From the human T2T-CHM13v2.0 reference genome, Homo sapiens, in the NCBI RefSeq assembly GCF_009914755.1, contig NC_060928.1: 64,000 nucleotides of DNA, one strand, 5' to 3'. Of the stretch, positions 14,602 through 28,426 are shown one piece after another. Numbering within the stretch: the stretch's first letter is position 1; each line of letters opens with the position of its first letter. The translations under genes and the position numbers were made by a program. The notes under the pieces were generated by a model. That model searched no databases and was not told where the DNA came from. It worked only from the letters and a program-made list of their open reading frames with translations.

Positions 14602-14890
14602 GGCCGGGCACGGTGGCTCATGCCTGTAATCCCAGCACTTTGGGAGTCCGAGGCGAGCGGATCACGAGGTCAGGAGTTCGAGACCAGCCTGGCCAATATG
14701 GTGAAATACAAAAATTAGCCAGGTGTGGTGGCGCACACAGGTAGTCCCAGCTACTTGGGAGGTTGAGGCAGGAGAATCGCTTGAACCTGGGAGAGGAAGT
14801 TGCAGTGAGCGGAGATCACACCACTGCATTCCAGCCTGGGCAACAGAGTGAGACTCTGTCTCAAAAAAAAAAAAAAAAAAAAAAAAAAAA
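14602..14890 (+). mobile_element. AluSg-like with small internal deletion
   Basis: 'gatcacgaggtcaggagttcgagaccagcctggccaa'; A28 tail; TSD AGACATGATGC / GGACATGATTC. Confidence 0.95.
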
Positions 14891-15868
14891 GGACATGATT
14901 CTTAGGTGTTTCTCAGCAAAAGAGAAGAGGAGATTTTAGTTTAAGCTAAGAATAAAAAGAGAATGAAAAACACGGGTCTTCACCCTGGGGATTTGATGCC
15001 ACAGAAGTAATGAAATTATATTCCATGCATAACTCAAAGGCTGAGGAATTCCAGGTTCACTTTTAACTGGGTCTTCCGGGAGGCTTCTGGGCAGGTGGGT
15101 TCCAGGTAGCTATAGCATAGTTGATGTGAACAGGCAGAAAGCGGGCCAAGCATGTTTTCTTCAGTCTGCCTTAGCTCCTTGGTGGCAGATATAGGTTATG
15201 GACTGCCAGTGGGTCCACAGTCCTGGGGAAGGAGAACAAGGCAGCAGAGTGAGAGCATAAGCTAAATGCAAAAGAAGGAAGATATGACATCTAAGATATG
15301 AAACAGCAGTGGCATCGTAACAGTCAGATTAAGGTCTAACTAAAACAGGAAACCACAGAGCTCTGATTTCTTTGGCAAAAGATTGACAGATCTCAGTTTG
15401 TCTGACAGCAGTGTGTACCTTCATAGAGCCAGATTTCTACTCTTCCCTCGAAAGTTGAGAGCTCATATAAGTCCCTTTCCCATATATCCAGATGCCATGT
15501 TAGAGGAGAGGGAATACCTGAAAAACTGTTACATATCTCAAATACACTTATTTAAACTTAAACAGAATGAATTATTATATCAAAATAATATTTAATCCCA
15601 GATTAGGACTGGATTTGTTCTTGCTTTTCCTTCACAAATCATGGTAGTAGATGGCTCAACAGGCAGATCAGATATATTAAAAATAATAAAATTTCTAATT
15701 TATTTTCCCCTTTGAGTTGCAGTATGAATAAAACTGTAATGCTGCTACTCATGAATCATCATTTTTTTTTAACTAAAATTTAGGCAGTCATAGAAAAAGG
15801 CTCTGGGAGTTCCAATTTGGTATATGTGCCTTGCATGAAATAATCACATAAGAAAAAAATATTAATTA

Positions 15869-16366
15869 TGCTAGGAGCAGAATAGTCTAAGAATGACCTG
15901 AAGTGATCTGAACAATACTAAATCTTTCAATCTGTGACTCACCACCACCAGCAAGTAAGGGCGTAAAACTGGACTGTGACACTCCACAGGCACCACAGGT
16001 AGGTCCTAATTCCTTAGATGAATTGGAGCCAAAGTTCCAAAGCAACTCCTGTAAATAGCAGACACTTCAGACTAACTGGCACCACAGGCTATTTTTTTTC
16101 ACACTCTAAGAAGGGAGACTCCCTCTTAGAGTCGGCTCCCTCCAATGGAACCAAACCATGTCGGCTCCCTCCAATGGAACCAAACCATGGCCCACTACAG
16201 CTGGGCCCTTCACACAGGCACAACACTCCATTGGAAGATGTGGAGAATGAGGAACTACATGATTCTTTGTCTTGCTGATTCTGTCCTCCTGAATTTTCTT
16301 ATGTCTCAATAAATCCTATTCCTTAACCCATGTTTTCTGACTTTGCAGAAGATGACTCCTGGTACA
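15869..16366 (+). mobile_element. Probable old solo LTR (family not identified)
   Basis: ~500-bp GC-richer island with TG...CA ends, loosely inverted termini (TGCTAGGAG / CTCCTGGTACA) and AATAAA at 16308, ~55 bp before the end. Confidence 0.5.
16131..16188 (+). repeat. Perfect 29-bp tandem duplication
   Basis: GTCGGCTCCCTCCAATGGAACCAAACCAT x2 (16131-16159, 16160-16188). Confidence 0.98.
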
Positions 16367-16801
16367 ACTAATGGAAGCTCTGAAGGGACTCACCCCAAAC
16401 AACACAATTTAAACCCTAAATATTAAAAGAGTTCCTCTAAGTAGATGAATTCCTGTTTCAGTCTCAGAATTTTACGTATTTCTATTTGAAGAACATTTCT
16501 TTGCAACTTTGCATCTGTTAGGCCTTATTCAAAAAATAGAAGGAATTTAGAAAGGAGAAAACGTTTTTACATTAGTTAATTCTACGGTTTGTTCTATTCA
16601 TTATGTAACTGTTTTCCAAAGACAACATCCCTAAAGGTAATTATTGCCTGGTGGAAGGCATCCTGCTTCAGTGATAAATGGATTTTGTTGTACCAAATGG
16701 AGGAAGAACATATACTGAGAACGTACGCATGATCACAAACATGAAATAGAAAACATCACCTATTTCCCCCTAAACTCCCTTTTTAAATGTAATCTTAGTT
16801 T

Positions 16802-17096
<295 letters not shown>

Positions 17097-19719
17097 TTAC
17101 TTTGAATGCATTTTTTTTTTCAGCATCCTGTGGACTTCAGAATAAAATGATGTATTAGCTGTCCTTTTTACACAAGAAATAAGAAAGTTTTGCTAGTGAT
17201 AAATCATATTATGTCCCTATTCTAAACCCTATTCCTTCTCAATTTTGAACCACACACTTTAAATATTATTATACCAGTTAAGGAAGTTTAAATCTGTAAA
17301 TTTCAGGGAGTAAGGGAAAAGGCCTGAGTAATTAAAATTTGGTTTATTTGGTAATCTTCTTGAATTAGACAGGGATGTCATTCTGTTCCAGAAATGACCA
17401 GAGCATTTAGTGGAGGATGTTAGTGCACTTGGATTTTTCTGATGTGAGTCAGTACAGAATGATAACATTAAGTGAGATATTCTTATGATAAATGTATATC
17501 AGCATCTCAACTGAATCCTTGTGACACCTTGCTACATAATTTCAGGATCACTAAAAGCAACCACAAAGCTTATATCAAAATATTTAATTGAAGGTTATTT
17601 TAAATGTATTATCTACGTTAATAACCATTAATAAAATATAAAGTCCAACTTGTTGATTAGGGGGAATGGATAATAAGACTATGTAATGGTGAATTCTTTC
17701 TTTACAGATTTTTCAAAACATTTAAAGTAAAATGAAAAAATAAGTTAGAATACTCCAAAATGATGATAGATCATGTTTATTTTGCTCCAATAGCTAAATT
17801 TAAATTTCTTTCCATTATCATTTTTTGAAATATATATTATGTTTCTGTTATAGTACTAGAGTTCTCATTTTAATATGTAAGATTATAAGGTTAGAAATAA
17901 AGATTGTAAAGGAAAAAATAGCTCATGACATTTGGAAAATAATTATCATTGCATAGTGATATGGGAAAAGTATTTAGTAAAATATAAAAATGTATTAAAA
18001 TCAAAAACTGAAATGTACATTTTAAAAATTATATTTTGTTGCTTTAAATTTATTCCACTAATAAGCAACAGCTTATCAATTTGCAATTGTTGTTTGTATT
18101 ATTGACTTAATAAATAATAATACACTAATCAATATAAAAATGTGTTTAGAGATCTTTTAATGTCACAATTCCACTGAAAATAAAATAAACTTCAAAAGGG
18201 AAATTAAGCTATTTTGTTGTAGAATAAAGCAAATATTATTCTAAAAGTTAATGTAGATATTTCAGTTGAATATCCAATCAGATAATGAAAAAAATTGTGT
18301 GAACTTTTCACAAAAGTCTGGGATATTTATTTTCTGATGCATTTATACAAACAAAGTTTGGAGATGACAAATAATATATATATTTTATATATCCATTAAT
18401 ATATCATGTTATATTATTGTATAATATATCTATTATATAGTTACATATTATACAATGTATATCTATTGTATATATAATATACAAATCTACTGATATTCTC
18501 CTATGCATAGTGTTCGTCTCTTAAATTGTGCCTCATTCAGTTGGAAAATGCCTATCAGCATTCTCTTTTCTGACACACAGTAATTAGAAAGTTAATTTTG
18601 CAAATCTCATAAGCTTAGCACTTTAAAGATTTATCTGCATTATTTAAATGGCATATTTTATAATATTTGGAGCATTCTAAGCAACTTTATTAAATTCAAA
18701 TAAATTATTATTTTAGCTAAAAATGACATTGAGTTTCTTTCAAAATAATTTCTATTTTTGCCATCATGAATTTTAAAGAAGCTTTTAACCTTGAAAGATC
18801 AGTAAAGAGAAAAAAAAGATAAAATTATAATGGTTTAACCTCATAATATATTTTTATCAAGATATTGCCATAATTTCAGAGGAGAAGCTGTGGTGTTTCA
18901 GGTAGATTTTCTTTTATATTTTATCAGTATCAGTAATAGTCTTTTAAAATTCAATTTATTTCTTCTGGCACTCATACACTCTATAATATTATATTATAAT
19001 GTCAATTTTTTTGAGAAAATAGAGTCATTAAAATAACTTCCAGCTAAGTAATTTAATTTATCATTGGAATCATGATATTGGAGTAAAACAAAGACATTAA
19101 CCAAAATAATTCATAAATTTGAAGTGTTTCTTAACATTGATTTGTTGGCAAAAGTTGTGAAGTTGGCTTTGGAAATAAAAATTTATATTATACACATAAA
19201 GAGAAATTATGTAAACTATATATATATTAAGTTTTGCAATGTGAAAAGAGCTAATATAAGATAAAAACACAGATACAATAATCTATTATTTTTATAATTT
19301 ATACTTGCTATTAATTGAAAATCTCAGCAAAAATAAACCTTTTATATTAGATTATAATTACATTATCACTCATGAATAAATAAGGTCAGTTTCATGAAAT
19401 GATCATGAATTCAATCAGATACTTATATATTTTGTTATATTTTCACTCTTTGTATATTGCCGGTGACTCCAGCATTGAAAAGCTCATTTATCTATTATTA
19501 TTGTCAGTGCTTATTAAAGGATTTAGGTCAGACATTGAATGCTGGGTCATTAGTTAATAGTGTAACAGCCAGCATTTCCAGTTACTATGTATGTAAGCTA
19601 AAGGTCTCCAACACTGCAAATCTTTCCACTATATCACAAAGAAATATATTGCTCTCAGCAAAATGTACTTTGTAGGAGTTTTAAACTCACTATTTATTAT
19701 AATGTTCATCACTTCCATG

Positions 19720-20530
19720 CATAAAACTTCAAAAAGAAAACATACAATACAGTTCAGTCTTTTTTATGTATATTTCTTAAAATTTTAACAACCCATGTTA
19801 TTATTCCCATCATTTTGGAAAGGATGAAGACCATCTTTATCATTCCCAAAGACTCTCACATTCCAACTGTAATCAAAACTCTCTGCTCATGCCCCACTGG
19901 TGGTAACCACCACCCTATCTTTCCCTATAATTTTTCCTCTTCCAGTATGTCATGGAAATATAATTATATACTAAGTAATTTTGTGAGATGTACTTAGTTT
20001 ACTATATTTGAGATTTATTCATGTTATTTGAATCAAGTTTGTTTCTTTTCATTGCTAAGTTGTATTCTATTATATACCACAGTTTGTTTACTTATTCACA
20101 AATTGAAAGAAATTTGTTTTCTGTTTAAGGAAACTGTAAATAACAATGTTATTAGATTGTGCATACAGTTTTTGTATAAACAAAAAAGCTAGCAATTGGG
20201 TTTATTAAAGATTAGTACATATGCACTCATACATATATACATATTTCTTTCATCTTAATAGTATTTTAGGGGAATTCTAATTTTTATTTTCCCAACAAAT
20301 AATAATGTTGAACATCTGTTAATGTGTTTAATTGCCATCCATAGATGGTTTTTTGTGAAATGCCTGTTCAAAACTTCCACCTGTTCCTTTCCTGAGTTGC
20401 GTATATTTGTGTTTTGAGGGTCCTTTTATATTATGGATACAATTTCTTTATCAGATAAGTATTTTGCAAATAATTTCACTCAGTCTTTGAGTGTATTTTC
20501 ATTTTCTTAGGAGTATCTTTTCATGAGCAG
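19720..20530 (-). mobile_element. Old L1M (MB/MC/ME-type) 3' region
   Basis: 'tttgagatttattcatgtt', 'ttcattgctaagttgtattctatt', 'ttatggatacaatttctttatcagata' are antisense L1 3'/ORF2 motifs. Confidence 0.7.
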
Positions 20531-20821
20531 ACTGTACTCCCCACCGTTTTATATCCATCCTGCTTGCCTGGGAGGTGCCTTGCTCTTTCTGGTCCCAGGT
20601 CCAAGGCTCCATTTGGAGAGTTTGACACTGGGCTGTGTCCCATCCTGAGCCTGAGTTTGGACTGACACACCTGCAGAAAACAATGTAAGGGTCAGGAAAC
20701 AGGAAAATATGACACAGTCAATGTACCAAAACAATTGTTAAGCAACATATCCTAATCTAAAAGAATTCCTCAAAATGCCAGACAAAGACATCAAAACACT
20801 GATTATAAAGAAGCTCAATGT

Positions 20822-21155
20822 GACTGGACACAGTGGCTCACACCTGTAATACCAGCACTTTGGAGGCCGAGGTGGGTGGATCAGCTGAAGTCAGGAGTTT
20901 GATACCAGCCTGGCCAATGTGGTGAAACCTTGTCTCTACTAAAAATTTAAAAATTAGCCAGGTGTATTGGTACATGCCTGTAATTCCAGCTATTCTACTT
21001 AGGAGGCTGAGACAAGAGAATTGCTTGAACCCGGGAGTCAGAGGTTGCAGTGAGCTGAGATCATGCTGCTGCACTTGAGCCTGGGCAACAGAGCAAGAAT
21101 CTGCCTCCAAAAAAAAAAAAAAAAAAAAAAAAGAAGAGAAAAAAGAAAGAAAGAA
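20822..21155 (+). mobile_element. AluSx/Sz-like inserted in L1 ORF1
   Basis: Full dimer, A/GAAA tail; TSD AAAGAAGCTCAAT / AAAGCAGCTTAAT. Confidence 0.93.
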
Positions 21156-22788
21156 AAAGCAGCTTAATAAGATGCATGTGAAACCTCAAAGCCAATTCAA
21201 AGAAATCAGAAAATTAATCTAACCTTAAAAATGAGAAATTTACCAAGGAGATAGACATCTTTAAAAAAAAAAGTAGAAATCCTGGCAATAAAAAAGTATT
21301 GAAGGAAATGCAAAATACATTTTAAAGCTTCAAGAATAGACTAGACCAAGTAGACAAAGCAGAAAAAAATAATCTCAGGAATTGAAGACAGGTCTTTTGA
21401 AATAGTCAGACAAAAATAAAGTCAACAGAATAAGAAAGAGTGAACAAAAGCTTCAACACATCTGGGACTACTCATGTCACCAAATATGAATTGTTGGTAT
21501 TTCTGAGGGGAAAGATAAATTAGTAAGTTTAGAAAACATATTTTAAAAATAATTTATCAAAATTTCCCAAGTTTATCAAAAGGATTAAACATCCAGACAC
21601 ATAAGTCCCAGTGATCCCCAGGTAAAAACGTTGCAAAAATTATCTCACAAAAATGTCTTATATTCAGGATGTCTAAAGTCAAACTCCATGGAATTTCAAA
21701 ATTAACAAGAGAAAAATACCTAGTCACCTACGAAGGAAACCCCATCAAACTAATAACAGACTTCTCAGCAAAAACCTTACAGGACAAAAGACAATTAGAT
21801 GACATTTTCAAAGTGCTGAATGAAAATAACTGTCAGTCAAAAATTTTGTATAAGCTTCATAAACGAAGTATAAATAAAATCCTTCCTAGACAAGCAAACA
21901 CTGAGGAAATTTGCTACTACTGGCTTAGTCCCACAGAAAATGCTCACGGGGTACTAAACATGGAAACAAGGAAATTAAAGGTTGATAATCACCATCATGA
22001 AAACACAGATATTTATAAACACACAGTTTGTATCAAATAATCACACAAAGGAGTAAGAATAAGAAATCAAATGCCAACACAGAATTTCACTGAATTACAA
22101 AGACATACACAGAAAAGGAAAGAAAGAAATAATTTATGAAACAACTTGAAAACAACAAGATGGCGGGAACAAAGCCTCATATATCAATATTAACCTTGAA
22201 TGTAAATGAATTAAATGCTCCACTTAAAAGACACAGATTGGCATAATGGATTCTAAAACTTGATTCAACTCTATGTTGTGTAGAAAAAATTCACCTTAGC
22301 TGTGAAGACACATATGACTGAAAGTAACGAAGCGGAAAAATATATTCCATGTAAATGGGAACCATTAAGTGAGCAGGAGTAGTTACATTAGATAAAACTC
22401 ACTTTAAATCAAAAACAGTCAAAAATGGTCATTTTATAATGGTAAAGATATCAACTCAGCAAGAGATTAACAATCCTAAATACATTTGCAGTCAATAGCA
22501 GAGCACCCAAATTTACAAAACAAATATTACTAGACCCAAAAAAAAAAAAAAAGATGGACAACAATACTATACTAGTGGAGGAAGCTCCGACTCAAAGCAC
22601 TAAATAGATGATTGACACAGAAAATTAGCAAAGAAACATTGGATTTAAATTGGACTTTAGACCAAATAGACTTAACAGACATTTAGAGAACATTCTACCC
22701 AACAACTCCAGAATATATATCCTTTTCAACAGCACATGAAACCTTCTCCAATATAGACCATGTGTTAGGAAAAGCAAAAGTCTTATGA

Positions 22789-23093
<305 letters not shown>

Positions 23094-23349
23094 ATGAATT
23101 TTTAAAAATTAAAATTATATCAAGTATCTTCTCAGTCTATAGTAGAATAAAGCCAGAAAATAATAACAATACTATACAAATACATGGGAATTAAGCAGCA
23201 TGGCTAATTACCCGGCTCCAGGGTGATTAGAGTAGGTAGACAGTGGCCACAGAGTATGAGAGCCCAAAAGGAAGTGGTTGGTACATTCACTTAATTAGCT
23301 GTTCAAAACAGATTTTCAAAACAAAACAAAGCAAAAAACATAGTCACCT

Positions 23350-23850
23350 CACTTTTTATTGTTGACTTTGATAATTTGTGTCTTCTATTTTTTCTTTTTC
23401 AGCCTCAGTAGATTTATGAACGCTATTGATTCTTTCAAAAGCCTACCTTTCAGTTTTGTTGTTTTACTCTATTCTGTCTTGAATTTTGCAGATTCTTACT
23501 ATAATGCTTAATAGTTCTTTTATTCTGCTCGTTTGGCATTTATTTTGCTCTTTAAAAATATTACATTGAAAGCTTAGATACTTGATATGACTCAGTTTTT
23601 TTCTCTAATATAAACATCGGATGCTATAAATTGTCTTCTGTGGAAGGCTTTAGCTGCTTTCTACAACTTTTTATTTACTGAGTTTTAATTTTTTTGCAGT
23701 TTATCATATATTTTAATTTTCCTTTGGATTTTTCTCTCATTCATAGGATATTTAGAGTTTTGTTGTTAAATTTTTAAATATTTGAGGAATTTTCAGATAT
23801 CTTTTTGTTGCTGGTTTCTATTTAATTCTATTATGATCTGATAACATTGT
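23350..23850 (-). mobile_element. Old L1M ORF2 fragment
   Basis: T-rich antisense ORF2 ('tattgattctttcaaaagc', 'atgctataaattgtcttctg...gctttagctg'). Confidence 0.6.
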
Positions 23851-23861
23851 TTTCACAACAG

Positions 23862-24610
23862 CTTTATTTTTAGAACAGTTTTAGATTTATAGAAAAGAAA
23901 AATGTGTTGAGTGAAGTTCCCATATATCCTGCCTGATTTTTCTCTGTTATTAACATCTTACATTAAGAAAGCTCTTTGTTACAATTAATAAAATAATATT
24001 GCTATATTATTTTTAACTAAAATTATACTTAGTTTTTACTTAATGTCCCTTTTATATTCCAAGCCCTCATGCAACATACCATACTGAATTACATGTAGTC
24101 ATCATATTTACTTGACCTAGCAACTGTATGCTGTGATAGTTTCTCAGCCTTCCCTAGTTTTTGATGATCTTGACAGTCTGAGGAGTACTAATCAAGTATT
24201 TTTTTGTAGAATGCCCCTCTACTAGAATTTGTCTGTGGTTTTTCTCATGTTTAGACATGAAGGTTACAGATTTTTTGGGAGAGGATGATTTCAGAGATAA
24301 AGTGTGGTTATCAACACATAATATCAAGGATACATACTATCAACATGCTTAATTACTATTGATGTTGACCTAAATCATCTGGATAAGGTAGCATTTTTCA
24401 AGTTTCCTCATGTACGTTTATTCTCCCCCTACCCAGAACCTTTCCGAAGTCTATTTATGGAAAGTAGTTATTACATACAGTTTATACTTAAGAATTGGGA
24501 ACTTTTGCTCTATCTCCTTGAGAGTAGGGAATCTACATAAATTATTTGGAATTCTTTTACCGGGAGGTTTGTCTCTTATCCCCTACTTATTTTTATTTAA
24601 TAATTTCTTT
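23862..24610 (-). mobile_element. L1MC/L1MD-type 3' end
   Basis: 'tttttgatgatcttgacagtctgaggagtact', 'tctacataaattatttggaattctt'. Confidence 0.8.
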
Positions 24611-24659
24611 ATATCACTGAGGACTCATAATTATTCTACATTGATGGGGTTATGTCAAA

Positions 24660-25590
24660 GGGTCATAAAACAGACAACTGAAAGAGTTCTTAATGGCAAA
24701 AGCTGGAACAGTTGGAGCAACTAAATAAATAAATTAGTATTGGTTTATACCCTAAACCATACAATGAACATCCATGAGTCTATACTGATATAAATAAATG
24801 ATTGAATAAATATGTACATCAAGGAGAAGAGGCAAATCTTCCATGAGGAAGGGTTATGAATAATTTATGTAGATACCCCACCTTTAAGGAGGTAGAGCAT
24901 AAATTTCCATTCTTTACATATGGGCTACACATAATGACTTCCTCCCAATGCATAGAGCACACAAACAGGAATATTAACTTTCCTGTGGCAAATGTGGAGT
25001 AACTGTACTCCACATTAATTTCACAGTGGAGAAATGTGTTAAATACCACCTCAGCCTGGTGGTCCGGGTTAACATGAATAGTAAAAATTACGTTGATAGT
25101 GTTAACGTTGGATGTGATAGGATGAAAATGTGATGTTATCTATTTATTTCTTCTCCTAAAGACCCATAACTCCAGTCTAAACATGAAAAAATATCAGACA
25201 AATTCTAATATGCCATCATCCTACAAAATATCTGACCAGTACGCTTAAATACTGTCAAGATTATCAAAGCCAGGTTAAGTCTAAGGAACTGTCACAGCCA
25301 ACAGTTATTAACTTGAGATATGATTAATAAATATAAGGTAGTATTCTAGATGAGATCCTGGAACAGAATAAAGATATTAAGTTAAAATTTCAGAAAGTCT
25401 GAATAAAGAATAGACTCTAGTCAATAATACCTCAATGTTGTTTCAATAACTGAAACAAATATACCATACTAATATAAGATGTTAATAATAGGAGAAACTG
25501 AGTGTGGAATAGATGGAAACACTCTGTACTATATGTTAAACTGTCTGTTAATCTAAAATTATATTAAACAATTAAGTTAATTTTTAAAAA
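24660..25590 (+). mobile_element. L1MC/L1MD-type 3' end
   Basis: 'aatggcaaaagctggaaca', 'aataatttatgtagatacccc', 'gatgttaataataggagaaactg', A-rich end. Confidence 0.8.
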
Positions 25591-26768
25591 GAGTTTAAAG
25601 TACACAGCAGAAATACTTGGTTAATCAAAACTTTTGGAGGAGATATGAGTGGAGAGAGTGAAATATAGTAAAAACTGGTATATTTTCTTGTAATTTCCTT
25701 TCTAAAATACCTGCTACCAGAAAAAAAATGTTGAAATAAATCAGATAACAGCAACAAAAATACAATGATTTTTTAACTATTTCTACTCTGGTGGTGTGTA
25801 TATTCTTTGGGGTGTTTTGGTCCTTCATTTAGGGTAGTTTTATGGGATTCGAGATTGGATACCATGAGCTCCAGGCATAAATAGGAAGGTTTTAGATTTG
25901 AGACAAGAGACTGGGAAAGAAGTAGCTGCATGCATCTCAAATGTAGAGTGATGTATGTATTATCTGACTGCCTGCTGAAATTATAAGCTCTCCAAGTCTC
26001 TGCATATATGCTCACTCTAGGACAAATGAATTCCTCCAGGGCTTGTTATCACAGCTTTAGAATTTCAAGTGACTTTCCCCTGCAATAGCTTTGTCCCATC
26101 ATCTTTTTAAAATACTCTTCTTGGAAAATGTCTTCAATAATATATGCTCTTAACATTAAAACCTGTATTTCCATACTGTTTTATACATCTTCTTTCTCAC
26201 AGGAAATGTTTATGTACTGGGCCTATGACAAAGGCTCCCTGTGTCACTTAGCCAAGAATTAAACTGTTTTTGGAGAGTTTCTTTTGGATATGTGAAATGA
26301 GTTCCAAATAGCTATATTTCAGCCAGTAAGTTAGCAATAGTTATATTCTTTTTTTAATAAAATGAGAAATATGTACATAACGTATGTGAAATAATAGTAC
26401 TGTTGTACATACAACATAGCACGCTCAACAAAAATGCTTAGGTTAAATAATTTGAAATTAATCACAGTTTTGGTAACTGCTGGCAATGAGGTGGTATCTA
26501 TTTCCTACAAAAAATGTCTTTCCTCATATTTTGTATTTGCTTTTGTAGTTACCAAATTTCAGGTGGAACTGAAGAAACCACCAAACCAATTCTAATCCAT
26601 AAAACACAGTCTACAGGTTTGGGACTGTCTTCAAACTTGAAATTTAAATTCAATGACTTTGGAAATATTTCTTATTTCACAAGAGACGCAACTCTTGCAC
26701 AACAATAGTTCTAGTGACTACAGTTAAAAAAGTTGAGAAAAAATGTTATAACTGAAAATTTTCTACAA

Positions 26769-27139
26769 TGTTATGGATTGAATGTGTATGTTCCCTCAAA
26801 ATTCAAATGTTGAAATCCTAACTCTCAGTGTAGCTCTATTTGGAATAAGAATCAACTAAAGTTAAATAAGGACAGGGCTCTGATGCTATAGAATTCGTGT
26901 CTTTCTAAGAGGAAACACCAGAGAGCCCCCTCTCTCTCTCAAGAACACACTCACACTGAAGACAGGCCATGTGAAAACCCAGCGAAAAGATGGCTCTCTG
27001 CAAGACAGGAAAAGCGCCCTCATTAGAAACACACTGTGCTGGCACCTTGAGCTTCCAGAACTGTGAGAAAATAAATTTCTGTTTTGTAAGCCACCTTGTC
27101 TATTGTAGTCTCTTACAGCATCCCGAGCTGACTAATACA
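26769..27139 (+). mobile_element. MLT1A-like MaLR solo LTR
   Basis: 'tgttatggattgaatgtg...caaaattcaaatgttgaaatcctaac' to 'ccagaactgtgagaaaataaatttc...gactaataca'. Confidence 0.88.
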
Positions 27140-28036
27140 CTCATAACACCGGGAAAATTTGAAATAGTATTAATAAATACTGTGGATATTATTGCTCTAA
27201 CAAAATGCAGTTAATAATGTGAGACACATAAAGCACACAAAAACATGAAAGGAATCTAAAACAAGCACAGTTTTATTTTTAAGCATCAACTATTTCAAGA
27301 AAGATGGAAGCAAAATATGTATGTGATAATATCAATTGTGGTTGCGGAAATGCACTATTACTGAAGGGAATATGAGAACAACATCAGTCAAAAATTGATC
27401 ATTTTGCACATGTTGCACAAGTCATAGATTTCTATGCATATTCTTTATGTAGATTTTGGTATCTATACAATAATCAGGCTTCATAAAATAGTATTTCTAA
27501 ATGTTTCTATTTATGTTTTATAGTAATTTATGAAAAAATAAAGAGTTTACAATTTGGTAAAGAGAACAACACATTTTCTGATGTCACCGTTAAAATATGT
27601 TATTTCTATTATAAAACAGTTACTTAAAAATATATTTTTTAACAAAAACGTTAAAAGAATATATTTTCATTACCACACAGATATTTAAAGGAAGCTAGTA
27701 AATATATCTTAAAAATAAATATTTTATTAATCTCTCATTTAAAATATAATATTTGAGCTGCAAATACATTAAAATCTCTCTGAAAATAATTTTGTGTTAG
27801 TGCAATTCCTGCCATAAAGCTTGCTATAGATCATCTTAGGGACAGCTTAGATTCATTCAAAGGTAGAATGTTAATAAGTTCCATGATGTGCTCAAAGGAA
27901 GGTTGGTGGGTGACTTTAGATCAAACTGTAATACAGGTGGAATAATTTTATAACTTTAATCAATGCTTTCTTTTATGGATTTACCAATTTTAGTAATAAA
28001 TATCCAGCCAAAATAAAAATATAATCAAATAAGTTA

Positions 28037-28426
28037 CATATTGTGCTTCATAATGACATTTTGGTTGATGGGCCAGAACACAGAAACACGGTGGTCCTAT
28101 AAGATTATAATGGAGCTGAAATATTCCTATTGCCTAGTGACATTGCAGTTGTCATAGCATGAGAGTGCAACACATTACCTTGCCCATGTTTAAATATGCT
28201 TAGATGCACCGTTGCCATTGTGTTATAATTGCCTAGGGATTCAGTACAGTCACATTCTGTACAGGTTTGTAGCCTAAGAGCATAGGCTAAACCATATAAC
28301 CTTCATGTGTAGTAAGCTCTACTATCTAGATTTGTGTATGTACACCAAATAATGTTCACATATGATGAAATCATATCACAACACATTGCTTAGTATGTAT
28401 CGCCATTGTTAAGCAAAGCATGAATG
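28037..28426 (+). mobile_element. Tigger3-family (Golem) non-autonomous DNA transposon
   Basis: 'ggtggtcctataagattataatggagctgaaatattcctattgcctagtgac', 'tacaggtttgtagcctaagagc'; TA on both sides. Confidence 0.85.

Noticed and set aside
14695-14720. ~17-bp deletion in AluSg (GTGAAA joined to TACAAAA)
   Set aside because: Ordinary microhomology (AAA) deletion with no wider significance
14940-15500. GC-richer island with partial CTCF-like CTCCTTGGTGGCAG as a promoter
   Set aside because: No CpG island and only a partial motif match; may be an unrecognised old LTR
16131-16188. 29-bp repeat as a CRISPR-like array
   Set aside because: Only two abutting copies, no spacers, eukaryotic context, no cas genes
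18370-18482. TA-rich low-complexity patch
   Set aside because: Degenerate microsatellite with no higher-order structure
21669-22040. 123-aa ORF as a functional gene
   Set aside because: Fragment of L1 ORF1 that frameshifts out of homology
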